Shown: positions 35,214 through 46,896, counted from the first letter of the stretch. The stretch: DNA of 64,000 nucleotides from Rebecca billardiae RCC1528 (GCA_965240325.2 OZ251226.1:2914001-2978000); one strand, 5' to 3'. Made by a program: numbers and translations. The notes: generated by a model not told the origin, from the letters alone.

Positions 35214-38211
35214 ATGGTCACCAGCGTGCCGACCGGCCTGCGGCATGCCGAGGGCGTCGCGCTCATGATGATGCTGCTGGCGTCGGGCGCGGCTGGCGCC
35301 ACTTTCGAGTCCGGCAGCGAGTACACGGGCTGCATCGCCGCTCCGGCGACGTGCACATCCATCCAAGTGCGTGCCGGCTCTTTGTGACTGCGTCGCACGC
35401 GCATAATACGTTCGCCCCCCGCGCCCGCATGGCCGCATCGTGACAAAGCGGCCAGACTTGGCGCGAGGACGCGCTCGCACGGCCGTATGGACCTGCAGCA
35501 GTCACCTCCTGCCGTCGCGCGCAGCCAGCCGTCGCCGTTTCTGCTGTGCGGCTAGCTAGTGCTGCGCGACACGCTGATGATCGCCCACCACCACTCTTGC
35601 GACTCGCGGCGTGCGCGGCGCGTCTGCGCAGGTGAACTTTGAGAGCTACTCGGGCACGATTCCAACCGCCATCGGTACGCTGTTTGCCCTCACAAACCTG
35701 TGCGCGCTTGGCGCGGCGCGCGGGCGGCCAACCAGCCAGCATGTATATGCAGTGGCGAACGAACGAATCGTCACAGACAATTGCCTGCTGCTGGTCGACC
35801 CCGAGCTGCGCCCCGCCACCACGAACGCACGCTATCCGCGCAGGGTCGTGCAAGCTACCCCGCTCAGTGGCACCTTCCCGTCCGAGATTGGCCTGCTGAC
35901 GAGGCTGGAGACTCTGTACGCGCACCCACGCCAACCTGCACGTCTCCGCGACCACCCAATATTCGGCTGATGGCCGCCGCGCCGATCAGCCCGAGCGTCG
36001 CGCTCGCGCCGCGCGCCGGCGCGCGTGTGCCGTGTGCGCACGGTCGTGCAGTCGCCCGGCGGGCAGCTGAGAGGAACGTGGGGCGTGCGCGCACGTGACT
36101 CGCCCGCCCTTGCCCGCGCACTGTGCGCGCACGCCGCTCGCCGCGCAGAGGCCTCGTTGGAAGCGTGCTCTGGACTGGCTCCATCCCGACTGAGTACGGG
36201 CGGCTGACTGCGGTCGAAGAATTGTACGTTGTGTGCGCGGCCCCGAACTGCCCTCCTACACGCGCGCGGCGCTGGCTGGCTGGCTGGATGGCTGTGAGCT
36301 GACTGACACTACGCTGCTGGTGCTGCCGTGCAATCGCGCGCAGGCTTTTTGGCGCTGCCGATCCTTTCGCTCCGGGCGGGTCCTTGACGGGCAGCGTTCC
36401 AACGGAGGTTGGCCTCATGACGGCTCTGAGCTTCATGTACGCGCGGCTAGGGCCAGCGGCGGTGGCATCACATTCACCTCGCCAGTCACGCGCGGGCGCT
36501 CAGCGCTGCGCGGGCGCCGTGCGCGGTGCGCCCCGGGCGACTGGTCGAGCCTGACCGCCCGCTCGCGCACCATCCGGCCGCACGCCGCTCGTCGCGCAGG
36601 CAAGTCGCTCTGTTGCCGCTCCTCACTGGCTCAGTCCCGACTGAGATCGGCGGGCTGACTGAGCTGGCAGAAGGGTACGTTGCGTGCGCGGGCGCGGCCA
36701 CTGGTGGCGGTGCTGTAGGTGCCCTCGCTGGTGCTGGCGCACGGCTACATCAGTGTGTGTGCGAGGATACTGTTCGCCTGCTGGCTGGAGAACTGCTGGC
36801 CAGATGCCGCCCCCCGGCTGCGAGCCGCAGAGCCGGCGAGCGCCCCCCTGCACACCCACCGCGCTGGCTGGCTGGCTGGCAGCCAGCTGACTGCCTGCCT
36901 GACTGAAGCTGCTGCCGCCGTGCGAGCACACGCAGGGGGATCGTTTTTACGCAGTCCATCTCGGGCACCCTTCCAACGGAGATCGGCGAGATCGGCCTCG
37001 GGACTACGTCGGCACTCTTGTACGCGCGGCCACCGAGACCAGCGACGGTGGCGGGGCATTCTCGCCAGCACGCGCGGGCGTACAGCGCTGCGCTCACGCC
37101 CTCCGCCCAGCCAGTCGGCTGGTCGAGTCTGACCGCCCGCTCGCGCGCCGTGTTTTCGCACGCCGCTCGTCGCGCAGTGGGATCGGTGGAATGCCGAACG
37201 TCACTGGCACCATCCCGACTGAGGTCGGCCGGTTGACTGCGCATAGGGAAGTGTACGTTGCGTGCGCGGCCGTGGCCACTGGCGGCCTCCTGCACACCCA
37301 CAGCGTTGCCTGGCTGGCTGGCAGCCAGCTGACTGACTGACAATTTTCTGCCGTGCGATCACGCGCAGGAATCTTCCTTTCCTTCCGTCCATGTCGGGCA
37401 CCCTTCCGACGGAGATTGGCAACATGGCGGGTCTGACCGGAATGTACGCGCGGCCAGGGCCATCGGCGGTGGCACGACATTCATCTCGCCATCCACGCGG
37501 GCGCACAGCACGCTGCGCACCTGCCCAGCCTGACCTCCCGCTCGCGTGCAATGCGTTTTGCGCGCAACTCGCTGCGCAGGGCTCTGATGTCGACCGCTCT
37601 TACGGGCACCCTTCCAACGGAGATCGGCCTCATGACGGCTCTCACCCTACTGTACGCGTGGCCAGGGCCCGGGGGCGGTGGCGCTCGCGCGATGGGCCGG
37701 TCCCCGCGTGCCCCTGGTGATTCGACACCGCGTCGGTGCTTGCTGCGTCCGCCGCTGACGCCGCTGCGTGTACGGCTGCGCCCCCGCCCCATCGCTGCGC
37801 CGCTGCGGATCGGTGCGATCGACACCCGCAGGGATGTTACGGACTCGCTGATGTGGCAATCGGGCGGCACGCACGGCTATTCTGCCGTGGAGCCGTCGAC
37901 GCTCCCAGACGCACCACCGCCGGCGCCGCCGCCCTCGCCGCCGCCCTCGCCGCCGCCCTCGCCGCCGCCCTCGCCGCCGCCCCCGCCACCGCCCTCGCCG
38001 CCGCCCCCGCCGCCGCCCTCGCCGCCGCCCTCGCCGCCGCCCCCACCGCCGCCCTCGCCGCCGCCCTCGCCGCCACCCCCGCCGCCGCCCTCGCCGCCGC
38101 CCTCGCCGCCGCCCTCGCCGCCGCCCTCGCCGCCGCCCTCGCCGCCGCCCTCGCCGCCGCCCTCGCCGCCGCCCTCGCCGCCGCCCCCGCCGCCGCCCTC
38201 GCCGCCGCCAT

Positions 38212-38244
<33 letters not shown>

Positions 38245-38855
38245 CACCTCCCCCGAGTCCGCCACCGCCTTCACCGCCGCCCATGCCGCCTCCGCTGGAA
38301 ATGTGCAGAGCCTTGTGCTTCTACGCGGTGCGCGCTGCGCCTCTGGCGGGGCGGGCGCGAGCGCCTAGGCGCCGTCCATCGCGCCGTCCGCGCGCGATGG
38401 CGCTCGCTGCGGCGCGCCGCGCGCCGTCGCGGCTCTGCGCGCACAGACGACCCCTGCTGGCGGCCACCGCGCGCTACTGACCCCGTTCGCGGCGTGCGCA
38501 GATCGTCGCATCCGTCGCCACCGCCCTGGTCAAGACCCGCATGCACGGCCGTGCCCTCGCGTCGCTATGGGACAGCGATCTCCAAGACGGCCCCGAGCTC
38601 TCGGCCGGCACGCCCTCGTCGTCCTGGGTTGGTGGCCACGCCCCATCGTCGGCTGAGAAGTCCATGCCTGCACTCGCGGAGGCGATGGCCATGGCAGCGG
38701 CCGTGATCGCGCTCGTGGTGGTGCTGTCGGCAGCGGCTGCGGCGCTGGTCGTGACGCGCGCCTCTCGTCGTCGGCGCGCGGCGAGCAGCAGCGGAGCCGC
38801 AGCTGCGTCGTCACCGTCATCGACGATGACTGCGCCGCCAGACGGCCGATGCTGA
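35214..38855 (+). CDS. LRR receptor-like protein (signal, N-cap, 9 LRR exons, SPPP stalk, TM, short tail); exons 35214-35366, 35632-35699, 35844-35915, 36149-36223, 36344-36436, 36600-36674, 36936-37019, 37178-37252, 37369-37443, 37580-37651, 37832-38327, 38502-38855
   Basis: Each short exon encodes a plant-type LRR ([ST]G[TS]xP[TS]E[IVY]GxLTxL). All junctions are GT-AG and keep the frame; the eight LRR exons from 35844 on are 72/75/84/93 nt. The start could instead be ATG 35163 or 35181. Confidence 0.88.
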
Positions 38856-39225
38856 GCGCTGCTCGCTGGCTATATTACACACGCACACCTGGCACACATC
38901 GTCTGCCGACTGCGCCTGCGCGAGCATCAGCACCGGCTCGCCAGCCGACCCGCCGTCTTGAGCGCCGGCGCGGCGACCGGCGAATATATATTCATGGCGC
39001 ACGGCCCCCCCGAAAGGTCCCGTGAGCGTGAGCGAAAGCCGGGGGGGGGCAGCGCACGTGCTCCGCAAAATCAAAAAGACGAGGCGCGCAGGATTTTGGG
39101 GATTTTGTAGGTGGATTTAGGTGTGAAGAACGCATTTGATGAGACGATATCGCTGCTCATGATTGCGTTCGTACTGATCCGACGATTCACTTGCTCGTAT
39201 TAATCTCTTTTTGCAGCATATACGA

Positions 39226-39256
<31 letters not shown>

Positions 39257-39387
39257 TCGCATATTACGACCGGCCGCCTGCTCGTCAGACGACAGACTCC
39301 GCAGAGTCGCGTCAGTCACGTCAGAATCGGCGGACGATGTAGATCCTGATCAAGGTTGATGAATAAGGTATTAGGCGCGGGCGCGCC

Positions 39388-42300
39388 TCAACTCCTCGTG
39401 CGCGCCACGCTACCCGAGTCAGAGTCAGAGGGGTGGGCGGAGGGCCCCGCGCGGGCCACTGTCTCAGACGCGACCGTCGTAGCGCCAGCTGCCGGCGCCG
39501 ATGCCGCTGACTCGGTAGTGCTCGGGCCACCGGCAGTCCCCCTGCCGCTGCGATCGCGAGCGGTTATTGGTTCCGACAATGTCCTGGACTGCGAGCCCTC
39601 CAGCATCGCGATGATTCGCGCCTGCGCGCGCTCGAGCCGGAGGAGCTGTTCGGCAATCTCGCTGTTGGTGCGCGCGTGAGCGTCATTGACCTCAGTGACG
39701 CGCGTGGTCAGCTTCTCGTCGAGGGCGGCGAACCAGCCGCGGATCCGGTTCAGCATGGAGACGCGCCAGCGGTCCTCGGCCGACACGTCGTCGAGCTCCG
39801 CTTCGACGTGCTCGAGTACCAGCACCACGGATTCGTCCAAGGCCCGCAACCGCGCCTCCAGCGCAGGGTTGGGTGCGCGCAGCGCGCTCACCGACACGCG
39901 CAGCGGCGGCGGCGGCGTGCGCGCCGCGGGATCGACGTTGCCGTTGCCGTGGCCGTCGTCGCCATGCCTGATGGAGTAGTGGTCGGTCAGCATCGTGGGG
40001 CTGAGCGGGCCGCGTGCAGCGGCTTCCTTCACGCTCGCGCCCGGGCTGCCTGGGCTCGGCGCGCTCGGGCTCAGCTCGACGCCATGCTGTCGCGCCACGC
40101 CCCCGTTGGCGGTGGCGGTGCCCCCGTTGGGCTTGAGCTCGGCATCGGCGGGCAGCTGCTGCAGCAACGGGTCCGATCGCCAGGTCTGCCACTCGCCGTC
40201 CATCGTGAGGCTGGTGGAGAACGCGGCGGTGTTGCTCGAGATGAGCCGAGGGCCGTGCTGCGGCTCGGCCCCACGCTCCTCGAGCGGCCTGAAGCGTGCC
40301 GCCGGCTGCGCAAGCGCTGCGCGTACAACTGTGAGCTTGTAATGCGTCAGGCCCAGCTTGTACAGCAGCGCGCCCACGAGGCGCGCGGGCACGCCCAGGA
40401 GGTTGATCGGCGGCGGCGCGAACGGCGCGACGCGTGCGCGCTGCATGATCTGCGCGCGCGAGTGCAGGAATGAGAGCGCGCGCGCCTCGTACACGATGTC
40501 GAACGTCTTGGCCATCTGGGGCGGCGCGGGGCGTCGGTCGGGGCCGCGCGGGGCGAGGCGGATCAGCCGCGCGCTGCGCAAGGGGGCGGGGCGTGCGCGC
40601 GCAGCGCACCTGCGCGATCAGCATGTTGAGCAGCAGCACCACCGTGATCACCGTGTAGGCCAGGCCCATCGCCCACGCGCCGTATCGGAGCGGCGATGCG
40701 CGCAGGCAGGGCAGCGCGCTCGACTCGCCGCCGAGCCACACCTCGATCAGCGCGATGAGCGGCTCGGTGGGCGTGGGCGAGGAGAAGGTGGAGAGGATGG
40801 TGTCGTGGCAGCCGTCCGCCTCGTCCACGGCCGGCGTGCCCTTGAACGCGACGTGGAAGGAGGCGGCGGCGGCCCACGTGAAGCCGATGCCAAAGGTGAT
40901 GAGCACGGCCACGTCCCTCGTCATCAAGAAGACCATCCGCATCAGCGGGCCTGCACAAGCGCCACCAGGGCCGCGGCGCGCCGCTCAGCAATCGGCGCGC
41001 ACGCAGCGGGCGCGGCAGCGCGCGGGCGGCGAGGGCCGGAGCGCGGCGCGCGTGCGGCGCCGCATGCGCACCGAGCTCGGGCACGAGGTACGTGACGCGC
41101 AGCGCGCGGATCCAGAGCAGCCACGTGGCCATGGCGAGCGTCGCCTGCACCGTGCGCACCTGATCCTCGAACGGGTCGAGCTCGGCCTCGCCGGCAGTCG
41201 ACTGCGCCTCCGCCCACCTCATCGCCCCGCCCGTCGGCGCCTCGCCCATCGCCACCGCGGTGTACAGCAGCAGGCCGACCAGGGCCGTGACGAGGCCGCA
41301 GACGTCGAACCAGTTCCACACTTCAATGAGGTAGCGGTGGAGCGCCAGCGCCGGCTCCTTCGTGAAGCCGAGCGCGAGCAGCTGCGTGAACTCGCCCAGC
41401 AGCGCCGCAGGCACCCAGACGAGGGCCAACACCATCGAGCCGGGCGGCATCTGCTTGAGCGCGAGCTGCCACGTCTCCTGGTCGCGCTGGCCGTGCACGT
41501 ACCGCCAGAGCGCGTCGATGCTCCACATGTCGGTCCGGTCCGGCGGCGGCAGGGACATGATCAGCCCGGCGAGCAGCATGTCGAGCACCCACGACGCGCC
41601 GAAGCGCACGAACGGGTCGACCGCCCACATGCGCAGCACGAGCGGCCTGCCGTTCGAGAGCCAGCTCTCCTTGCACGCCATCCTGTCGATGATGGTGCAG
41701 AACCAGGGGGGGGGGTGGACAAAGTAGACCTCGCACTGCGGCACGAAGATGATCAGCAGGTACACGAGCGGCTCGAGCACCGCGTGCACGAGCAGAAACG
41801 CCAGCACCGCGACGACGAGCTTGACCCTCGACGTGGCCGGCATGTGCGGCCAGCGCCGGCCGAGCATCGGCAGCGACCGGTGGATGAACGAGCCAAAGTT
41901 GCCGAAGAAGGCGTTGACGTGTGCCATCTGCAGCTGGCCCGAGGCGAGCAGCACGCGGCAGTTCGACTCCGCCGCCATCTCGCTCACGTCCCACATGTCG
42001 TCCCGCATCAGCAGCCGCAGCGCCTCCGTGTCGGGCGTGAGCTGCAGCAGCGCGCGCACGGCGAGCTGCGTGCTCGACGAGACCTCGTCGAACTTGCGCG
42101 CGTCCACGGGCGTCACGTTGCGGATCGCGCCGGCGCGCGCGTCGCAAAGCTGCGCGATGTAGATGCCGAGCAGGCACGCCGTCGGCCGGTCGACCGCGTA
42201 CGTCGCGCTGAGCAGGAACGCGATGTCGTCCAGCGGCTCCTGGAGCGTGAGGACGGCGCCGGTCAGCACAGCACCGGCGCTCGGCACCTCGCCGCGCGCG

Positions 42301-42989
42301 AGGTGCACGCACGCGCAGTAGAAGGCGAACTCGCCGCGTGGGATCAGGCTCTCGCTCTCGCCCTGGAAGATGGCGAGCGGCGTCGACTCGTGCCTCCGGA
42401 TGCCCACCTCGCCGCGCGGGTCCGCGGGCTCCAGCTCGTCGAGGATCTCGACGGCAAAGTGGCGCCACGAGCGGCTCCAGCGCAGCGTGGGGTGCGGCTC
42501 ATTGCGGTGGATGCCGGCGACTCGGGCCAGGCCGACCAGCTGGAGGGTGCGCTTGCGCACGAGCACGGGCGCCAGCAGCTCCAAGCCCACGGCCGTCAGC
42601 AGCGTATACCCCAGGTTGAGCGCCTCGAGCGCCGGCGCGCCCTCGAGCAGCGGGTGCAGCAGCCGCGCCAGGCCCATGTCCGTGAGCCGGTTGTGGTCAA
42701 GGTTGAGCCAAGCGAGATTGGTGTTGCGCCGTAGCACGACGGTCAGCGCCGGCACGTCCTCGTCCGTGAGCCCAGCGGTCGAAAGATTGGCCATCCGCCC
42801 CTGCACGAGCGAGCTGAGCGTCACGTGCGCCCGCGAGCCAGCCGGGAAGAGCCGGACGTGCGCCTTCCGCCTCTCGTCGATGCGACGCACGAGGCCGAGC
42901 AGCATCGAGCGCTCGCCCGGCTCGAGCTTGCCTGCCGCGTCACCCTCATCGCTCGGAGTCTCCGTGGACCGACGGCGTGGGACAGGCAT
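39388..42989 (-). CDS. TRP-type cation channel with N-terminal RI-like LRRs; introns 40951-41071 and 40516-40609
   Basis: WNWFD, W.RAL...LGPLMRMV..M..DV, LLLNMLIAQMAKTF and PPPINLL are TRP hallmarks; the N-terminus has L..LNL..N.LTD.G repeats. Confidence 0.85.
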
Positions 42990-43108
42990 CCGGCCGCGCG
43001 TGCAGGGATGGCGGACCGCCTGCTTGTTCGAGCTCTCCAGCCCTGTGCGCCGGTGCGCTCTTTACGCTTACAATAGGGGCAACGGTTGCTCAGCCGCGTG
43101 CGCGCAGC

Positions 43109-44452
43109 ATGTCGACCGCCCAGGTGAGGCGAGCCGCCGAGACGGCGGCACGGCTCCGAAAGCTCGAGCTGAACGTGGCGTTGTGGGTGCAAGAATGCGA
43201 GGCCGACATCGAGACCCGCTCGAGCGCCCTGCGCGCCGAGCATGCCGCGCTGATCCATAAGCTGCGACGGGACGGCCCGAGCACCGCCGGCCTCGCGAGC
43301 GCCTCGAGGGCGCCAGCGCCGGATGGCGCTGAGTTCGACCAGCGGACGGGATTCCCCAACATCGAGCGGGTGATGCGTCTCAGGCGGGGAGATCACGTTA
43401 GGCAGGCTCGGCCCTCGCCGCAGGAGCCACACCCAACCGTCGGGGCGCCGCGCGCCACAAATGTGAGTGAGGGTGATGCAGCGGCGCCCTCCGCGCCGTC
43501 AGCACTCCACGTGCTGCTGGCCGCCCGCCGCGAGGCGTCCCGCGCGGTCCTCGCCCACGCAGTGCGCAGCTGGCGCACGCGACGCTCAGAGCGCGTCGAT
43601 GCGTGCAGATGGACCCTCGACTGCTGGCGCGCAGCGATGCGCCGCGCGGCCGACGGGCAGGCCCTCACCTCCCAAGCGGCCTGGGCCTCTGCAGCCATCC
43701 CATGCACCATTGCCCTGCGCCAGTGGCGCCGGTGCAAAGCGCAGTACGACGCACGTGTGCTACGGCTGTGCGCCTGGGCTGGCGTGGACCCGCCGCTGCG
43801 CCCGCACGCGTGGGCGCGAGCGCACGGCCCTCTGCTGCGCCGATTCGACCGCGCTGCACACTTCGCGCGTGATGGCAAGGACGAGATGGCTCGCGCGTGG
43901 CGGGCGCATCGCATGTGCGCGGTGGTGATGGCGCGACTGCGCATGCACGCGGCTATGCCGGGGGCGCCGCGATGGGCGCGGGCGCGGCTCGGTGCTCATG
44001 CGCCAACATCAGAGCCTGGCCGTGCGGCCGTCCCCTCCGGGACAGAGCAGCACGCAGCGTCCGACGGCCACTCCGAGGGCACGAGGCAATCACCGCCGCA
44101 GCAAGCACTCCCGCCAGCGCTCCGCGCACTCGCTGAGAACACGGGTGTGCTGGTCGCGAGGCTGTCCCGATCGGGTCCGGAGGCCGAGCGCGCGTATGCG
44201 AGCACCACGCCGCCGACGTCGCCGCCTCAAACATCTACTCCGACCCACGCTTCCAAGATTGACACGCTGGCGGTGTCGCCAGCGCACATCACGTCGCCGG
44301 CACGCGACAGTTTGTCTTCGGAGTGGCACGAGAGCAGCTCGTCGCTCAGGAGTGGCAGTGCTGCAGGAGCCGCGCCCGACACAGACTCCTCGCAACAAGC
44401 ACTGGGCAGCGAGCTCCTGCTGGCGGCGCTCCGACTGAGCCTCGACGCTTGA
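43109..44452 (+). CDS. Hypothetical protein (N-terminal coiled coil)
   Basis: Long ORF from ATG 43109 (MSTAQVRRAAETAARLRKLELNV...), divergent from the TRP gene. Confidence 0.55.
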   Translation: MSTAQVRRAAETAARLRKLELNVALWVQECEADIETRSSALRAEHAALIHKLRRDGPSTAGLASASRAPAPDGAEFDQRTGFPNIERVMRLRRGDHVRQARPSPQEPHPTVGAPRATNVSEGDAAAPSAPSALHVLLAARREASRAVLAHAVRSWRTRRSERVDACRWTLDCWRAAMRRAADGQALTSQAAWASAAIPCTIALRQWRRCKAQYDARVLRLCAWAGVDPPLRPHAWARAHGPLLRRFDRAAHFARDGKDEMARAWRAHRMCAVVMARLRMHAAMPGAPRWARARLGAHAPTSEPGRAAVPSGTEQHAASDGHSEGTRQSPPQQALPPALRALAENTGVLVARLSRSGPEAERAYASTTPPTSPPQTSTPTHASKIDTLAVSPAHITSPARDSLSSEWHESSSSLRSGSAAGAAPDTDSSQQALGSELLLAALRLSLDA

Positions 44453-45126
44453 CGGCGGATCATCACCATGACTACCTCTGATAAACGGCGGCGCCCGCCG
44501 GCCGCGCCCGCCACTGCGTCTGCTGTCCGCCCGCGGCGCTGTATAGTCACTCACTGTAGATATAGACTGCGCGGACGAGTGCGGTCGCGGAGTCAGACTG
44601 GCGGGAGTGCCGCGGAGCGGTTGTTGGCCGGCAGTACTAGCTAGCAGTTATTTAATATATATATTATTTATAGTCAGCAGTCTTAGCAGTACCGCGCGCT
44701 CGCTCGGCGCTACTTACTAAGTATGAGCAGTGAGTTACTAGTGTAGCCTGGGTCTTACACTAGCAGTACTACTGCTCTCAGTGAATGATGATGAGTCGTC
44801 AGCCTCCCGGAAGGATTCTACGGCCAAGCCGGGCCGGTCGTTGATCATTATCAGAGACAGACGGGCAGACCGACGCCCGGCACGGCGCACGCCCGCGCCC
44901 GGCCGGCCCGCGGGCGCGGGCCCGCGAACCGTCGTACCCGTAGTGCTACTACGGAGTAATTAAAACTACGATATATATATATATATAATAAATCCGATTA
45001 TATTACCGATAGATACGACACATACATATACATATATATATTAATATCGTCTAATAATACTCGCCATAACCGCTACTGCCTAATTAGTCAGCATCGCATC
45101 ATATGTCAAATTGAGCCGGCACCGTC

Positions 45127-45774
45127 TTAACCGACGGCGTCCCCGTTAGCGCCTGCGGTGGCTGCTGCATCCACACTGGCACTGTCATTCCTGCTGCCAG
45201 GCGCAGCGTCCGAAGGACCCAGTGGCCGGGTGGACTGCCCGCTCGACTGGCCCGACGGAGCAGTGCCCGTGCGCTTGCCATCCTTGGCTGGCTGGGCCGC
45301 TGGACCGCGCGAGCGGAAGCCACTGCCCTTGTGCAGGGGCGGTGGTGGCTCCATACCCAGCTCCTTGAGCTGCTTGCGCGTCACTGGCGGCCCCTCTCGC
45401 GGAGGTATCGCAGGAGCAATGTGGATAGGGTGGCCGGTGTCACCCCAGATACGTGCGTACGTGTCCGTCTTGCTGCCGGGCTCCCGTGGTTGTTGCGTGT
45501 ACTGCTTTTCGCTCACAGTCCGTCGGGGTAGTCCGGCAGGCCTCTCCATGACGGCCTTATGCCGATCATCAGGCGGATCGAATCGATGGTCACGCCGATC
45601 GGGCGCGAGAGCAAGATGCATCGGACTTTTTGGCTTCGAGCGACGCGACGAGCTCCGACTGCGCAGCCGCTGCTTAATGCGGTGGAGCTCCTCTGAGGCA
45701 TCATCAACGCGGTAATTCGCCAGGATCAGCTCGCGCTGAAGCGCAAGCGCCTCGGCTCTGCGGGCCGCTTCCAT
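45127..45774 (-). CDS. Hypothetical protein
   Basis: ORF from ATG 45774 (MEAARRAEALALQRELILANYRVD...). Confidence 0.55.
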   Translation of the reverse strand: MEAARRAEALALQRELILANYRVDDASEELHRIKQRLRSRSSSRRSKPKSPMHLALAPDRRDHRFDPPDDRHKAVMERPAGLPRRTVSEKQYTQQPREPGSKTDTYARIWGDTGHPIHIAPAIPPREGPPVTRKQLKELGMEPPPPLHKGSGFRSRGPAAQPAKDGKRTGTAPSGQSSGQSTRPLGPSDAAPGSRNDSASVDAAATAGANGDAVG

Positions 45775-45874
45775 AACGCCGTCGCCGCTAAGTCGAAGCC
45801 GGGCGCGGGGCTGGGCGCAAGCGGCCCGTAACCTCCAAACCAAGCAGCCGGGCGGGCCGGGGCCGAGGCTGAAG

Positions 45875-45890
45875 CAAGGGCCCTTCCTTG
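45875..45890. mobile_element. Putative transposon excision footprint CAAGGGCCCTTCCTTG with 7-bp TSD GCTGAAG
   Basis: GCTGAAG(45868-45874)-CAAGGGCCCTTCCTTG-GCTGAAG(45891-45897). Confidence 0.7.
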
Positions 45891-45981
45891 GCTGAAGGTG
45901 ATTCCGGGCCGAGTGGCCGACGCCGGACGACGAGTCCTCCGAGTCGACGACTGGTCATTTGCTACACCGACTCCGAGGGCG

Positions 45982-46896
45982 ATGGCGGATCGCTGGCTGC
46001 GGCCGTGGGTGCTGGTGTTGGTGGTGACACCATCCTTGTCCACGTTGCCGAGACGTGCCGCGCTGGCTCGCGCGATGGCTGCAACCACCACCATACTTGG
46101 TGGCACCCCGCCGACCCGCGGCGCGGCGCCCCCTGGAACCTCCTTCCCATCGCCAGACGCGGTCGCAGCCGAGCTGGACACTGAGACCTTTGATGAGTGG
46201 CCGTTTAATGCGGAGTCTTTCCGCCGGCTCGACGAGTCAGATGATGCACTCTTTTACACCGAGCCGCGCTTCGTCTACCACATCGATGACGCAGCTGTCG
46301 CGTCTCTCCGCCGTTACAACGCGCGCGTCCTTGCAGACGCTGCGGCGGCGCTCGGCAATGACCGCGCGCAGCCTGTGGACGTGCTGGACGTTGGCGCGTC
46401 GTGGGACTCCTTCCTCCCGCCGGACGTCTATCGTGGTGACACGAGCGCGTCGCGTGTCATTGGTGTCGGGCTGAACCGCGCCGAACTCGAGAAGAACCCT
46501 CAGCTCACCGAGCGCCATGTGCAAGACCTGAACGGCAGCCCCAAGATGCCGTGGCTCGAGGACAGGTCGATTGATGCGGCGCTGTGCGCTGTCTCGATCG
46601 ATTACCTCACCCGGCCGCGCGAGGTGCTCGGCGAGGTTGCCCGGGCGCTTCGGCCAGGCGGAACCGTGCACATTGCCTTCTCGAACAGGCTCTTCTTCTC
46701 CAAGGCGGTCGCGCACTGGACGGGCAAGAGTGACCTCGACCACATCGACGCGGTCGGCGCCTACCTCGCATTCGCCACCGGCGGCCCTGCGCGCTTCGGG
46801 GTGGCCGAGGCGGAGCGCATAGACAGCCAGCGCGGCGGTGACCCACTCTACGTTGTCAGAGCTCAGCGGATCGCTTCCGAGGTCAGCACTGGCTAG
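45982..46896 (+). CDS. SAM-dependent methyltransferase type 11 (cyanobacterial/plastid-type family), N-terminal targeting peptide
   Basis: RLDESDDALFY..PRFVYHID, VLD.G.SW.S.LP, GLN..EL..NP.L, DYLTRP.EV..E.AR.LRPGG, FSNR.F..KAV..W and DPLYVV motifs. Confidence 0.9.
   Translation: MADRWLRPWVLVLVVTPSLSTLPRRAALARAMAATTTILGGTPPTRGAAPPGTSFPSPDAVAAELDTETFDEWPFNAESFRRLDESDDALFYTEPRFVYHIDDAAVASLRRYNARVLADAAAALGNDRAQPVDVLDVGASWDSFLPPDVYRGDTSASRVIGVGLNRAELEKNPQLTERHVQDLNGSPKMPWLEDRSIDAALCAVSIDYLTRPREVLGEVARALRPGGTVHIAFSNRLFFSKAVAHWTGKSDLDHIDAVGAYLAFATGGPARFGVAEAERIDSQRGGDPLYVVRAQRIASEVSTG

Noticed and set aside
35632-37651. Regularly spaced repeats that might suggest a CRISPR-like array
   Set aside because: The repeats are coding LRR exons bounded by splice sites in a eukaryotic gene; no cas genes are present.
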